DNA of 63,953 nt, filler included, from Octopus bimaculoides (Eukaryota), in NCBI RefSeq assembly GCF_001194135.2. It is 9 parts of 8 records of this genome, joined end to end, with 100 filler letters (N's around TTAATTAATTAA, not from the genome) between each part and the next. Parts side by side here need not be neighbours in the genome. Positions count along the whole stretch, not along the records: positions 62,847 to 63,953 come from NW_026435227.1; 8 more parts are not named here. One strand, given 5' to 3'. Positions within the stretch are counted from its first letter, which is position 1. Each line of letters begins with the position of its first letter. The translations under genes were made by a program, and so were the position numbers. Below the pieces are notes generated by a model. The model had not been told where the DNA came from and ran no database searches. It was given only the letters and a program-made list of their open reading frames with translations. Positions 63,655 to 63,953 of the stretch are shown one piece after another.

Positions 63655-63953
63655 AGGCACAGGTGTGGCTGTGTGGTAAGAAGCTGGCAGAAATGTTAGC
63701 ACGCTGGGAAAAATGCTTACCGGTATTTCGTCTGCCATTACATTCTGAGTTCAAATTCTGCTGAGGTCGACTTTGCCTTTCATCTTTTCGGAGTCGATAA
63801 ATTAAGTACTCAACTTAACCCTTTTGTCTGTCCTTGTTTGTCCCCTCTATGTTTAGCCCCTTGTGGGCAATAACGAAATAAGAAGCTTACTTCCCAAGCA
63901 CATGGTTCCAGGTTCAGTTCCACTGCATGGTACCTTGGGTCTTCTACTATAGC
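63655..63953 (+). mobile_element. CORE-like SINE head interrupted by a Nin/Deu-like SINE (63686-63878)
   Basis: 9-bp TSD taagaagct at 63677-63685 and 63879-63887; the host head resumes at tacttcccaagcacatggttcc. Confidence 0.88.

Overview
AT-rich, gap-ridden eukaryotic scaffold dominated by microsatellites and interspersed repeats. There is no prokaryotic gene organisation, CRISPR array, rRNA or true tRNA gene. The tRNA-derived SINE families, microsatellite load and RTE/Penelope content suggest an octopus genome; this is inference, not a database match. Almost every ORF in the supplied track is an artefact of microsatellites or N runs. One host coding exon is well supported: a phase 1-1, 555-bp von Willebrand A (VWA) exon at 28964-29518 (+) with a degenerate MIDAS motif. 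A second probable exon is missing from the ORF track because it has no ATG: 16345-16631 (+), 13 heptad repeats, 42% Asp/Glu, ending in TAA. Repeats include two RTE LINE families (one with a PHD-type finger in the RT C-terminal region), Penelope RT and GIY-YIG fragments, three SINE families that are often nested with clear TSDs, and hAT, Tc1/mariner/pogo and piggyBac derivatives. The most interesting non-obvious signals are: (1) a near-canonical type I hammerhead ribozyme at 7942-7993 (-); (2) three dispersed copies of a hammerhead-like variant with core CUGU-N-GA-A and a loop-less ACGU helix III; (3) several long palindromes and inverted repeats that could form cruciforms or dsRNA; (4) the acidic heptad exon with an in-frame UGA just after its best acceptor. 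Eight artificial 44N-TTAATTAATTAA-44N linkers make long-range linkage uncertain.
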